Below are positions 12,701 through 26,800 of a stretch of 64,000 nucleotides of DNA, in pieces (the stretch's first letter is position 1; each line of letters starts with the position of its first letter). The notes beneath the pieces are model-generated. The model searched no databases. It was not told the origin of the DNA and worked only from the letters and a program-made list of their open reading frames with translations. The stretch covers positions 5,766,001 through 5,830,000 of the forward strand of contig NC_135259.1 in assembly GCF_964204865.1 (NCBI RefSeq), given 5' to 3'. This DNA comes from Styela clava. Lineage: Eukaryota. A program made the translations under genes and the position numbers.

Positions 12701-15700
12701 GTTGCCTTTTACTTTAACAACTAAATTTATGATTGTAAGAATTCAATGAGGTTAGAAAATTGTTTGTAAATCTCAAGTTTTAATTACCGTCTCGTGTAAA
12801 CTTCAATTGGTACCAACAAAATTGTTTATTTCAGCTGCTTTTTTCAATGGGTTCGTTTTTCCAAAATTGCGAATTTCTACCAAGGCAAGGCAATTTGTTT
12901 TGCTGTCGTAACAAAAAATGACCAAAATTATCCGTAATTGGCAATTATATCATTGTAGCCTGTGCTGTCCATTCATATACAACCAGAGAAATGTTTTAAA
13001 TATCTTGAATATAGACTATAGTAGTCATGAATTGTTTTGTTAAATTTTTGATGTTGCATTTGTTAGAGTGATTATTGTTGTTGGGATTTTCGCGAGCATA
13101 TCACGTGGTTTTAATTGAACTATTGAAATATAAACAAAAACAATGTGACGCATTTATCATTGACACTTTCAAATTTTTAATAAAAACTCACAGAAGGTAA
13201 ACTTACAAGCAAATTGTTTCAAAGTCAGTGCTATCTTCTGGGCTGCATCCAATGGTTCCTTCGAAAACAAGGTCAGGGCAAGTGATGGCTGAAATAAAAA
13301 AAAAACTAATTCAAAATTATGAACCAAGCTTAAGGATTACTATAAAATAAACAATTGAGTACAAACATTTAGTATTTTCAATTGAATTCTCAAGATTTTA
13401 TGAAAAAGAATAAGCTTTAAGTTTCAAAAATATTTCTCAAAAATATTTGAAACGTTTACTTCAGAGACGAAGTGTTAACTCGTTGACTGAATTAAAATAT
13501 AATTATCAGTAAGTTTTTACTACCAGTTTTCAAGTTGGGCCTCTAGATGAGATGCCAATTTAATAAATTAATCACAGCGCTGTAAATGGTGTCTCTGGTA
13601 TGGCGCTTAAACAATATTTGCTTGCTATTAACAGAACTTTGACTTTGTATTATATACGGTATATATCACACCTTTGCAAAAGTGTCCGCCTTGTCCGGAC
13701 CATTCACCAGGCTCTTCGCAACTTCTTGATGGTTGGCCCTCTAGTGTATATCCCGAATTACATTCGTAACTCGAAAATAAATCCATTTGTTATAAGATAT
13801 TGTTGAATCACAAAAAATGATTTTATATGTATTTTTTCTATCAGAACTTGCATGAAATTTTACATAAACACAAACATGCTGCTAAGGAATCATAAACGCT
13901 ACTCCAGGCACCTCATAAGCATTCCGAAATTGTGTCTGAGCAGTAATTTTCGTATTATAGTTACTACAATGGTCTCAAATTTTAATTTACAATATGATGC
14001 ACAAGTCATGTTATACGCTAAATGAATAATAATGTTCAAAAATTTTGAAATTTATTTTTCATTCAACGAACATTATTACAAAAAGAAACAAAATAGTTTT
14101 GGTATTGCAAATATCAAGGGTAAGTCTGTAAGCCTAACAAACGCCACAAAACGAATCAGTATAAAAATAATGTTTATGCATACCTGCATACTGTGCCAAC
14201 TGGTGCGTCGATTTCATTATTACAACCAGTGATTCGACCCTTGGGGTCATTAAAGATCAGCGCGGTACAAGTAATAGCTGCAAAATCAATCGTGTATCGA
14301 GTTTAATGCCTGATCACATATTATCATGTTTGGGGAAATTCGAGCATTATCATAAAACCTATAACGTTAGCATATTCTGCGCATTGCCAATGGGATATTT
14401 GATGCTACCAGATATATTTTATAAAACAGTAGATTTTGTACGACTGACTTGAAGTTTTGTTTTAAAACAGTTTTCTGAAATTTAGTTTTTTCACCCGTTA
14501 TGTTTAAAATTTGTTTCTTTTGTATTAAATAGGATAAAACGAGTGAAATGATGCGAAAACTTGCCTAATCGATTATTATTGTCAAGAAACAGTTCGAAAT
14601 CCGACAGGTAGCAATAACACGCCCGCCCAAGCTGCAGCGCAATGCTAGCGCCAAACCACCGCATGTTGAAATCGCGATCAACAAGATTCCCATGCGTCCA
14701 GATTTTAAGTTTTATTTAGACTATCCCGTGTCGAACGCTGGCGGCCAGGTCGTTTGTCAAAGGCGGTGATCGATATCGTATTTATTGAATGACTGGTAGA
14801 AGGGCAAATTAAATATGGTGTCTCTATAGCGAAACTCCACCTGATACAATGAAAGGTAAAACACATTACATAAGTACTTAGTACACGTATTGCGACAAAA
14901 ACATTGTCGCATAGGCTAGTAGATCTCATAGCAAAAGTCAAGATACGTTCACATTCTTATTTTTCTGTATAATCTGATGGTAAATTTTATTGCTCTAGTT
15001 TAGAAGACTAGTTATGAAGTATATAATACTGCAAGAATTTTTTCATAAGAATTTGTTTCAAATCAGCTTTTTGCGTAGTTTTACGGCGATGCAAGGAGTA
15101 TTTCAATAATAATACAAAAGATACAGAAAAAAGTTGAATTAAAACAAGCCCTTGTTTTAAAACAGGCTGGTTCATCAAACAACAGCGCGATAAGAGTAAC
15201 TGGTGCAAATATAAATTGTATATTAAGTTTGATGCCTGATGATATTACCATGGGTGGGAGAAGACGAGCATTCTCAAGAAACCAATGGCATCAAGATATT
15301 TTTGTACAAGTCCAATTTTGATAAAAACAAATATTTTATGTTTCATTGAATGGTAGATTTTGCGTTACTGACTGGAAAACATAGTGGGAACATCGACTTG
15401 ATATAGTATGAGGTTATGCATTTTCGCAATTTATTAATTACGTTAATATTTTGATTTTATATATATATGTCTGTTCACTATACGCTGAATAGTATTTTTA
15501 TATCGTTCAATTATAGAAATATATCATACCTTTGCACGAGTGATCATCGGTGCCGGACCATAGCCCATCATTTTGACAAGTTCGCGTTTCAAAACCTTCC
15601 AAATCATATCCTGGTTTACACGCATAGCTGCAAAATTGGGAATTCATTTTGTTTAAAATTTAGATTGATTTTCTATCACTCGATCGGGAAAAAGTTTGTG

Positions 15701-18700
15701 CTGGCAGTAAAAATACTTCGTAATTGTAAACGTATTTAAAAAAAGCTACATGGCCACTCATCTCACGGATAATTAAATCATATATATTTCAAGTTTCAAT
15801 CTTGCATGTCAGTGTGGGTTTGAATAGTTCAAAAATCAGGGAGTGGAGCTTCAAAAAATGTGTATATAAGAAAATTACATTATTTTTAATGTGTATTACG
15901 TACCTAACAATATTTTAATAATTATTCGAATTCAACATACTGAACAGAAATCGTGAATTCATCGACTATTTTGAATTGAAGTTCTTAAAAAATCAGCCAA
16001 ATATTTTAAAAAATAATTGGTGAAATGCGATAAAGTTCATCATAACATGAAATGCACCTTAACCAATTACAATAATCTATTTATCAAATAAAATAATCAC
16101 ATGATTTTTCTAACCTCGACTTGTTCAGTCTCGATGGAATTTTTATATCTAGAAAGTTTATTACCACACGTTGTTGTTAGTGTCGGACAACAATGTTATT
16201 TATGTAAAAAAAATGCTAGAAATTATAAGTTGTTGAAGAAAAAAATCGATACAATATCTTTTGTTTCGAAAGTTTGCCTGTATTTTGTAACGTAGTTGAA
16301 GCATATATATATATATTTTTCTATTTACAATAATTCCGTTATTGAGAACATGATAAAAAACATAATATACTCTAGTAGAAGATCATCATTTAGCATATAC
16401 ATACCGACATACTGTTGTGGGCACATCTTCTCCTGTGTTTTCACATTCGGTTATCAGACCATTGGGATCATCAAACTTCAATATTGGACAAGTGACAGCT
16501 GCAATAAATATTTATCTCATTTAGGCAGAGGAGAAAGAATGATCCTCCACTATTTCAGTCAACAGAAATACACTTTATCGTGTATGACTTCTCATATAGG
16601 ATTTTACCCAGGATTTAAGATGATGTTTTTTTTTAGTGTGCGATCTTGTATATATATATACTAAAGTTTAGTATCACTGATATATACATAATACACGCTG
16701 ATATAAAGTATCAATCGGTATCTGATGTTTTAAATTGGGTTTTTACTCACCATTAGTGTCATCCACCCTAGCAGTGGTTGCAGCGGTTGCTTGTCACTCC
16801 TTTTTATTTTAGACAAAGGAGAATGATCTACACGATAATTTACAATAAAATTATATATCATTTATTGAAAGATTATTAGTCTTACGTTCAGCAAATACTT
16901 CACAAACAAAGGAGTTAGTTGCAGTACACCACCAATCTTTCCATACGTTTGTTTGCGAGTTAATGTTCACACATTTCTGCCCGTTGTTGTCGGGTTCATC
17001 CGACTCCCATGCTACTGAGTAGGAAAAAACTGATCCATCGGCCCATTGCCAGCCGTTTGTTTTTGTCTGAACTGATGGTTGACTTGGATTATTATTTAGT
17101 CGTAAAAAGATTTAAATACTATTTTTTGTTATCCCGAGATTATGCGCCTTATAAAAAATCGAAGTTTTTGCTAGGAAAATACCAAAATGGCCGGGATTGG
17201 GAAAGAAACCCATGCAGCACCAAATGCCGATGAAAAATAAACGGAAAGAATTGACTGGAAGCATCAAACTCTCATCGACAACGTCTAAACTCTATAGCTT
17301 AAAAATCTCTATATCAGATCAATGAGGGCATAGAAATGGACAGGTTTGCAAAATTTCTGAAAAACCTTTGGACAATAGGACGCAGTTGTATTGGTAAAAA
17401 CTTATTTATTTAAAAAAATAAAATCAATGTCAGTAATGTCTAGAAGGTTTGAATCAATCAATGTTTAGTACTAACTCTCCATTGGCTGGAAAAATAATAA
17501 AGAAATTAAAAATCGGTTCAGTAGTATAATTTTTTTTATTCGGTTTTTTATTTTATTTTACTCGGTCTTGTTTGGTGATACAACTAAGGATGTTAGTAAT
17601 ATTATTTGAGTAGACTATGCGCTATTTTTTAGTTGGATATGTTTTTCTATTTTACATTTCTTAAAAAAAACAGAATTTTACCTGATTCAGTTGAAAATAA
17701 TCCAATCCAATAATAAATGTAGTTTGGAAATAATGAGTTAACGATTGACTGTTCATCTTTTGATTCGATGCTGGCAAGGTATCCATTTAGACTTTCACAG
17801 TAAGCACCAGCATCGTCGTAATTTAGATTACTAAAAAAAAAATGCTTAAGCAAATATATATACCTTTTTTCAGCTTTGATCGCCTTGGGTTTATCTATGA
17901 TCAGTTTGTTATCTAAAAAATAATCTGACAAAATCTAAATGCTACTTCATTCGAATATTCAGAACAGATCTCACCGGGGTTGTCATTTACTGAACTAACG
18001 GTTAGTCTTCAATCTACATCATTCAAAACTGCATTATGCCTAGCATGGGTGGGCAATTATATGCAAATAGTAGACATGGTTACTGGGCCGGAGAATCAAA
18101 AATCAATATGATCAAAAACGATTTATTTGCAAATTACTAGACACGACGATAAATGGGACTTTATTACGGGGGATGGGAAATAACGGCAGTTGCAGATAGG
18201 AAGTTGATAGAAAAAGAAGCTCAACAACTACGCTAACGTTTGATATTAAAGACAGCACAATGTAACAATTGAGGTCATTATATGTTATTTGATCAATAGG
18301 TCATTCAAAGAGAGTAAATGATGCTCATCCCTGTGGTTTACCAGGTTAGGATTCAGGTTGTGCGACATTTTTGTGCGCATACTTCAGGAGCACCCTATAA
18401 TTGATGTACTACAGTGGTTCTGAAACTTTTTTGTACCGTTGCCCCCCTACTGTACTTCTTACGTTATCATAGCCCCTCAAAACCAGAACAGAACATGTAG
18501 TTACCGACAAATGTATTGAAAATAATTGAATAAATAAACTGGTTATGGTGCAGGTGTTTTCAATGAGATGGACGAATTTTAACAAGATTTTTTTCGATAG
18601 TTGAAGACATTTTAGTCAGGTACAATTTCAAATCATCAGCAATCTTTGATTGGATTCCATTTCTACCAAATATGACGTTAGAAATGGAAGAATCAAGAGT

Positions 18701-21333
18701 TCTACTTCGTCAAAAATGCCAGATGACTTGCACCAATCTATACTCTCAGTAAATTTTTATTTTGTATTTAAAGTCAGAAACGGAAATTCCGATGGAAACA
18801 GTCGTCGTGATTACGTCCATGGCCGATGCGACCATTAAAATTGTCTTGCCATATTAATTTAATTATCTTCAAAAAATACGCGGTATACAGCCTGATTATT
18901 ATGAAAATACTTGAATTTTTGTGATCTTGGTAATTTGTTTAATTTGAGCCGCTTAAGCTTGTTTTTAATATATCACTGTTTGCAAAATCCCACGATCGGC
19001 CATAAAATCATATGTCCACAATTTATTGCGATAAAGTAAGGGCATTACAACTCTGAAATAATTTAGCAATCTGGAGCCGAGCGAACAGAATGTATGGTAA
19101 CCGCTGAACAATGCTATAGTTTCCGATCGAAAATTCCGAACTTTTTGCGACTTACCTCGTCTGAAACGGATTTTTTAATCTGTCGAGGGACCTTCAATAA
19201 AATTTATGATGTTTTCCTTTAGATTTCATATTTTTATATATTAAGACACCGTTTTGTACTTACAACATTCACTTTCTCATTTTCAGTCAAAACGGGATTT
19301 GGCGATTTAATCCTTAGTTTGTATGTAGCGTCTCGTCTCAGATCATCTCATAATAAGAAATTTTTTAGACTTTACGCGCAGTTCTGGGGTAAAACTTTTT
19401 TCGACGTCCTCGTGGCACATGTCCAGCGGAATGCACACAAGAGAGATATAATTCTCCGAAATAAGTCATGATAGCGATGTTCACCTCCTAAATACCCACG
19501 TCATGCTGAAGAAAACAATCGGCGAATTTAACCTAATTTTCCTCACCGAGAATGCGCAATCGCCCCCCTGCCGCCCCGTTTGGATTTTTCGCCCATTGTC
19601 CTATCTGTTTCGGGGGTCGGTATCGTCCACTTTAAGAACGAACGGAAGAAACATGTGTTGGGTGCATTCAGGAACGCAAGGAAAAATTTGAAGGCCCAAA
19701 TGCTGATATATCAGGAGCTAGAGTTTTTGAATGACATGAATAATTCGGATGGATGGTTTTGTACATTATATTTAGTGCTGATAATACGTGAGGAATTATG
19801 GTATTTACTGTAGCCGACGATTCGTTATTTCGTCGTTTCAGCAGGCTCAAGTGGGCCAGATCCGGCCCGCGGGCCGTAATTGCCCACCCCTGGCCTAGCA
19901 TGTGCGTTTGCAATATAGTATCACCACGGGATGTACGTTTCGAATATTTTACTATCACATCGAATTTCGAACCAGAATGTTCCAATTTAAATATATTCGA
20001 ATCTGATTCTATTTATTGTAATCTAATACTATCACTGACTTTTTAGTTTTAAATTTAAAATTGCACCATGTGATTAAATTAAAATAATAAACCAAAGAAC
20101 GAACATGCTCAATAGGTAAAATGCATACGAATAAAATACATATCCAATATTCATTTACGGTGTACGCTAGTCTAATGCACTTGTGCTATGATTCTAACAG
20201 GAACAATGACTTCGAAGGAAACAGCAAATATTCATATTTAATTAGAAATAATGATGTTGCTTTTAGCAATGATATTAATTGGAAATGTTCATATAGTAGG
20301 CCTACTTCAAACAAGCGCTCGGCAAAACATATTTGTAAAATTTCGAACCATTTTAGGTGGTCGATTAAACTAGTGAAGCCATTGTAGCCCTAAAACGGTA
20401 ACCGACTTAAAACTTAACTACTCCAAGATTGTTACGACCGTGAAAACTACAAACGCATGGATAGTAAGCGAAGTAGACGTGTTGACCAACGTAGTAACAA
20501 ATTCCAAAACTTACATGTTTAATCACCAATATACATATTGGTAGTGATAAAAATATATAGATAGATAAATAGTTTCTGAAAAAAGTAAAATCATCACAGG
20601 GTTTGACTGAATTTTTCATTTGATTAGTAAAGTGACAGAAAACGAATCTTACATTTTTATTAAACCTACGTCATAATTTACAACACTGTATCGAGCATTG
20701 CGGCTTTGTTGTGATGTACGTAAAAAGGTTGATACCGAATTTAATGAAGCATTCATACAAATCAATCTTAATTTCTGAATACTTTGCAATTACTCCACTT
20801 TTTAAAATAAAAAAAATGTTTCCAACAATGTTTACATTTACTATATTTTCAAATACCACTTCTCTAAACATTTGTGTAGATTGACTTACTTTCCCAAACC
20901 AACAGAAGAACCAAACGCTTTGTAACAACTCCCTCCAAAAAGTGTCCATGTTGCGTCTTGACAGCGCACTGGTCCTAGATAAAGCAATATTAAAAAGACC
21001 ATTTCAATATCAGTTCATAGGTCATACACTACTTAAAATTATATTTTATTCTTGTTTAAATCGTGTTTGTGTGAAGCAACACATGATGATGAAAAGCCTT
21101 GGGTAGGCTACATTTTGAATTTAGCTATAATGATACTATAGCAAATAATTGAGAAGGAAACCTGGTAAAAACTGAATTGGAACAATATTCTATAATATAT
21201 ATGCCTAAAAATCGTGAGAAATAAGTAGGAAAAATCATTACAATTTGATAAAATCAAATCACTCACCTGCCGAAAGTGTGGTTATATGCACTAATATTGC
21301 CACAAGAAAAAACAGTACTTTCAAATTCTTCAT
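6711..21333 (-). CDS. Secreted selectin-like mosaic protein: signal peptide, C-type lectin (EPD), 7 sushi/CCP, WAP, 2 Cys-rich repeats
   Basis: Phase-compatible GT-AG exons. Signal peptide 21267-21333 (MKNLKVLFFLVAILVHITTLSA). CTL 20890-20974, 17682-17830, 16886-17071 (CY..F, WIGL, EPDN, WKD..C...FVCE). Possible linker micro-exon 16751-16789. Sushi half-exon pairs 16405-16498/15530-15627, 14184-14277/13672-13769, 13207-13288/12591-12688, 12266-12350/11890-11990, 11715-11793/9306-9397, 9133-9220/8489-8583, 8292-8370/8046-8140. WAP 7539-7694. Cys-rich 7152-7367 and 6711-6919 (TAA). Confidence 0.85.
8850..8962 (-). mobile_element. Probable SINE 3' fragment in an intron
   Basis: GC-rich ~110-bp island ending on the - strand in ...ctccccgggataaataa. 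A loosely similar stretch occurs at 48304-48400. Confidence 0.35.
9652..10693. mobile_element. Non-autonomous hAT-type DNA transposon
   Basis: TIRs tagggatg...catcccta, perfect 8-bp TSD tcgatttc (9644-9651 and 10694-10701), and subterminal ggactc/ggattcg repeats. Confidence 0.85.
18044..19892. mobile_element. Degenerate hAT-type element with a nested hAT-like end (cagtggttctgaaac at ~18412)
   Basis: Ends catgggtgggcaatt / aattgcccacccctg with gcctag on both flanks; ggcccgcgggcc subterminal motif. Confidence 0.6.
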
Positions 21334-22540
21334 GACTCCCAATTTTACGTGGTAAGGCTTCAACGTCACCCTGCTCAGGCTTCAGCTCACAACTTGTGGA
21401 ATATTTTGAATTGCTTAGGCCACCGTCAAAGTAATTAATTCGCTTGGGGCGATATAGGAAGTGACGGTTTACCAAGGAAGTGAACAGCCCGGTATATGTT
21501 TTTAATTATGTAATTAATACTTTGTGATATTTTCGAAACGTGTCGATTATTACTTATTTAAATATTTCTGTAGCTGAGCGTTATTTTTCACGCATTAAAA
21601 TCGTATTTTGATTTTGAGATGATTTGGTAGTGTCATGCGGATCATGGCACTATTATATATATATGAACTTACTAGGTAAAACTAAATTTTCTGCTAGAGT
21701 AATTTTATTAACCGATTTACAAATATTTCCCAAAAACGGAATCGCCCTCGGGCTGTCATTAACAACATGTTAAAATTTAATCAGGTCATTTTAAAGTTAG
21801 GAAGCCCATTCTCATTTCAAAGCTCATACAGATTTAACAGAGATCATAATTAGAGAGATTACAATCAAAACGCGTAGTGTTCAGGCCAAAAACATATTTG
21901 GGACAACCCCATTCTCTAATAAAATTTCCTAATGGCATTGCCCAATCGTGGGGGTATGATTTATTAATACAATATATGATATTCTGAATCAGTAATCAGT
22001 ATTTCTTTTATCACCATAAAGAAAATACACTTAATGCGAACAATAGAAAGAGAAGCGTAAATATATATTACTACTAGATGTCCAACTCCGCTCGCCGTAT
22101 AATAAACAAACAAAGGCGATGTTGCACCCCAAGTGGCGGGCGTCACGGTCGGTTAGGTTCTGACAAAGGGCTTAACGACGACGACGTCTGCATCACAGCT
22201 GGCAAACTCGCCCTGTTCATTGATGACTGATCCAAATATTTGCAAAATATAAGGACGTGGAGAATTTGATATTGTGAAAATGAAGACACAGTCTGTCCTG
22301 CAAATGACGAAGAGGATGTGACAACTTCGTTGTCGAAAAAAAGCAAGGCATCGAAAATGCGATGCATTGCAAAAAATGTCAGTCAGATGTAGGTAAAGTG
22401 GTGACGAAAGAGAATACTTTGCACTTTATATATGAAAAAAAAAACGCCTAGTATAGCACAGTTTTTCGTCTCACTACATTTCAAGTATTGTAGCTTTTTT
22501 TTATTGTAACAGAAGTTTTTTTCTCCACTTGACCTATAAT

Positions 22541-22665
22541 CAGGGCTGCCATAACGTCCTTATTTTTCGAATTTGTCCTTATTTCGGAGGTCTTTGTCTT
22601 GGGAAATATTTTTTTCTTTTTTCCGAAACGTCTTTATTTTGACGTGTGTCCTTATTTTTAACCTT
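22541..22665. mobile_element. hAT MITE end (cagggctgcca family with gtccttattt repeats)
   Basis: Same TIR and subterminal repeats as the complete element at 54437-54902. Confidence 0.6.
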
Positions 22666-23222
22666 ATGAATGAATATACCGGTAAATTAAACTTTGAATT
22701 TAGTTTAGATCTGGAACTTCATAGGAGATAAAATGAGGAAAAGTAAAAACATTTGCCGTGATGATTATGAGAAAGAATTCAACTGCGTCAAACGAAACGA
22801 AGGGCCAGTGATTTGCGCACTGCATGCTTTGTGAATGGCAATAATCTAGAATCCACAGGTAAAGTAGCAATTTCTGTTCACAATGCAAACCAGAAACACA
22901 AGGCTCTGCTCAAGAAATGAATCAAACCAATCTATAAATAACTTTTTCAAGAGTCAATAATTATACAAGGGCTATCTCAATACATGCAAGCACCCGAAAT
23001 TTATTTAAAAGAAAAGTATTTTCAAATCATTCATTAGCGAATACCTATTAAACAATGTAGCTGAATGTCAAGATGTAACAACACTACTTGAAAAAGAGCA
23101 CTCAAAAAATTAGAGCAAATGTTTACGCAAAGTACTGCAGCCAAAATAATAACAACAAGACGGACAATAGGACTCATGGAATACGAAAACAATAAACACA
23201 GCAGCTCACCATCAAGTTTCCT

Positions 23223-23451
23223 TACTCCTGAAGTATGGGTACCAAGAAATGAGAACACTGGAACGTAGCGTGTGTACCACTTTAGGGTTAGGCCATAATT
23301 TTATTCCAATTTTTCTTATTTCAGTTCTATTACGAGTTCAGGGACTAACCAAGTGAGTTTTGTAGTATTTGTACCTAATATTATGGCTTTACCTGGTACA
23401 CATACTATGTTCCGTTGTCCGTCATCTTGGTACACGTATTTCTGGACTACC
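23223..23451. mobile_element. Palindromic MITE, degenerate copy of 47711-47942
   Basis: Long imperfect inverted repeats tactcc..gaagtatg...tagggttaggccataatt. Confidence 0.7.
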
Positions 23452-23762
23452 CAAGTTTTTTTCTCAATAACCCATAGAACTACAAATTATTATTTTAATT
23501 ACTATTGTGATTAAACACTGAATATCGAGTTATGTTAATAGTGGTATTGATGTTTTTTAAGGCTTTGGGAGTGGTTTTTAGTTGGGGTAAAAGGCAATTT
23601 AGGTTCTATCACGTGGACATTGCTACATTTTTCTTTTTCTATGCTGCTTTTCAATCAACTGGAGCACCAATGAATTCTCAGTCCCGCGACCTGAAAAATA
23701 ATCATCTTTTAGACCGAAAATCTTTTGGCGATACATTCAATATTTAGTGTGAGGCCCTACGG

Positions 23763-24221
23763 CAGGGGTCGGTAACTTTTTGTCGTTTGCGGGATATAAT
23801 TAAGGGTTGCAAGCCATTGGTGGACCGCACATATTTTTAGAAAGTTGAAAACGGAACGGATGAAACTTTTTATAAAAAAAAAATTAAGCAGTGATACATC
23901 TCTCGAATAGCATATATATTTATTTCCTCGTTGCACTGCATTTTAATAAATTCCATTTGAATATTTTCATCGCCATTAAGCCCTTTGCACTCAGCATTAA
24001 CGCCATTAAGCCCTTTGCACCCGGCTCATTAAACGAGTAATTGTGATTTTTATACTTGTTAGATTATAATATAATTTAATCTACACGTGTCTCAATAATT
24101 TCTGTTACGTAAAAAAAATAATCGTCAAAACTGGCTGTTTTGTTACTATAATTCGGTGAACCGTCGTGGGCCCGATTCTATTACTCGCATCCGGCCCGCG
24201 GGACGTATGTTTCCATCCCTG
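23763..24221. mobile_element. hAT-Charlie-like MITE, inverted copy of 42422-42904
   Basis: caggggtcgg...ccctg termini. The internal sequence is the reverse complement of the 42.4-42.9 kb element. Confidence 0.75.
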
Positions 24222-24427
24222 CATTATGGGCATAGCTGACGATTTTGAGGGGGGGGGGGGGGCTGAATTTTTTAATTGACAAGTTAGATCAAAACATCTA
24301 GCAGGTCTGATGGTAAATGTCGGACAATGTCGCACCCTGGTCTTGTAATATATATAAGGTGTTTTAGTTAGAACGAGTAGGTGCTCTAGCAAGAATTCTA
24401 GCAGCCCTATTTTGTAGAACCTCTAAT

Positions 24428-25870
24428 TTATGCAAGCAGATTGGAAGCAGATCTCCATTCACCTATACCATACTGAATAGGGGTCTGAAAAAGGGCAAAG
24501 TATACAGTTTGCTGGGTTGCTGTATGCGTGTTCCATTTTAGTTGGTTGTCGATAAAAACCGCCAGTTGTTTATATGAGTTGACAACTTTCATCGCGATAC
24601 CCTTAATTTTAATTGAGATGTTTGAATGTTTAGTGCGAGGTTTGGGGTTGAACAACATAACTTTTGATTTATCTACGTTAACTGTAAATTTGTTGCATAT
24701 CATCCAATCATAAATTTTGGTGATTTCAGTGTTCACCTTGATTTGAAGCATATTCAAGTCTTTTGCACTGGCAGGTTGGCACGCATCGTCAGCGAATAGT
24801 TTGGTTAAGAAATTGAAGCAAGACGACAGATCATTTATCGCGACAAAGAAACCAAGAGGTCCTAATACCGATCCTTGAGGAATTTCGCAATGGATGGAGA
24901 CGTTTGGGAATTTACCTCCACAAATTGTTGTCGACCAAACAGGTAATCGCAGAATTAGTTGCCCGCAGCACCTCGAAAACCAAGGTGTCTTAGTTTTTGT
25001 GAAGACATACTGTGATTTACAGTGTCCAATCCTTTTTTGAGATCTAGGTAAATACAACATACAAACTCTCCTTTGTCAAGCTTTTCATGAATATAGAAAA
25101 TTAAATCTAAAGTTCCATGGTTAGATGAATTAAAAAAATGCCTGAGCACAGGTGATATAATATCAGCGAAAATTTTTAAAATGTTGGATGGAATACCATC
25201 GGGCCCAACTGCTTTCCCCTTTTTCAGGTTTAATATTATCTGGAGAATCTCCGTGGGTGACGTAGGATCAAAAAAAAAAGAATTTTGCAAGAGAGCACCT
25301 CGGAGATTGTCTGCAAGTTTTTTCCCTAATGTGGAATAGAATTTATTGAATTCACTGGCAACCGTGACTGCGTCTGACACAATGATTCCGTTTTCAAGCT
25401 TCAATTCTGAGATGGAAGTGTCATCTCTGGACTTAATCCTAATAATGTCATTGAAAGTTTTTCATGTGTGGTTTACATTTCCTCGGTTGTTCTGGAGCAT
25501 ATTACGATAAAACAGTTCTTTTGATTTCCTCTGCAAATTACCCAACATATTTCTTTACTTTTTGAAATGGGCACGCTCACCACTCAGGAATCTATTTTTG
25601 TACATTTTATTTTTTTGTTTGATGGATGTCCCCAAGTGATCCAAGTTTTGTAGAAGAGTTTGTTTTCTCTGCGTATTAAGGGTCGTAAAGGAGCATGTTT
25701 GTTGATTAATCATTTCATGTCACCGAGGAAAGTATCAAAAGAGTTATTGAAATTTTCCTTACAAAGAATAGCTTTTGTGGAGTTGTTGCACAATAACGCA
25801 ACATCGTATCTAAAAGAGTCACTAGAAAATGATCCACTAATTATGCAAAAAACCACTGTAGTTCATCGCC
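24428..25870 (-). mobile_element. Truncated, frameshifted LINE reverse transcriptase (CR1/L2-like)
   Basis: Motifs K(A)VGPDGI, YLDLKKGLDTVNH, PQGSVLGP, LFADD, NVDKSK and LKWNTH are spread over several frames. Confidence 0.9.
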
Positions 25871-26800
25871 GATATACAGACTTGAACGTTTAAACAACTC
25901 GTAATATAACTTAGCTGACCTAGCTTATGTTGCTTCGCATGGATACGGTTTTAGTGGAAATGTCTGTGACTTTAACACCTTTGATTCCATTGCACTTCAT
26001 CGAAAACTCATATCGTCGTAGATGTTGTACGCCATAGCTTGTGTGTACTTCTCTGTGATAGCTTTTTAGGATGCTTTCTGCTTGTGAGAACAGCACGAAA
26101 TATCGTAAAATCTTGGGGTTTAGACTAAATATTTGCGTGAAGGATACTTTATATATATATATAATCTATTGATATTGTTTTTTTTTCACACAGAGTATTG
26201 GTATCAAAGGTTACACCATAATGATTCTTTTATATAACATTGTGCAAAATAAGCCTCCCCTCCATAAAGTTCTGATTACACTCCTAGTTATAATCGTTTA
26301 ATACGATAAGGTTCGACAGAAGCTAGAAAAATAGCGTAGGGGTTCGGAAGGCTCGCAAAGGTTAAGAACTACTGGCATAGGAGAACTATAAGTAGTAAGT
26401 CCCACTTAAACCAAATCAAATGTCCACTTATGTTGTACGAAAATTATACCCGTTAATAATAACCTAGCAGAACTATTGTCCGTTGGTGAAGACAAGCATG
26501 TATTTATACAATAATAAAGAAACACATTACGTCTAATATTATTTCAAAGAAGTTTCACCAAGAGAAGAGAAGTTTCACCAAGAAACTGCAAAACCTTTTA
26601 CTTATGGAAAGCGGAATAATATGGTGGACATCAAAATGTCGACCTAATGTTATCGTTATTATAACTGTATCTTTTGTACCACGGTCCATGGTATGTCTTA
26701 ACTATCGTATTAGCCATAGATATATAATGACCAACATTTCATTTATTTGTTTTCGAAACGGTTCAGTTTATAGTCTTTTTGTCTTCAGTCTGTTCTATTT

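Noticed and set aside
23280-23292. TTAGGG telomere-like motif
   Set aside because: One or two units inside a MITE terminal repeat, not an interstitial telomere array.
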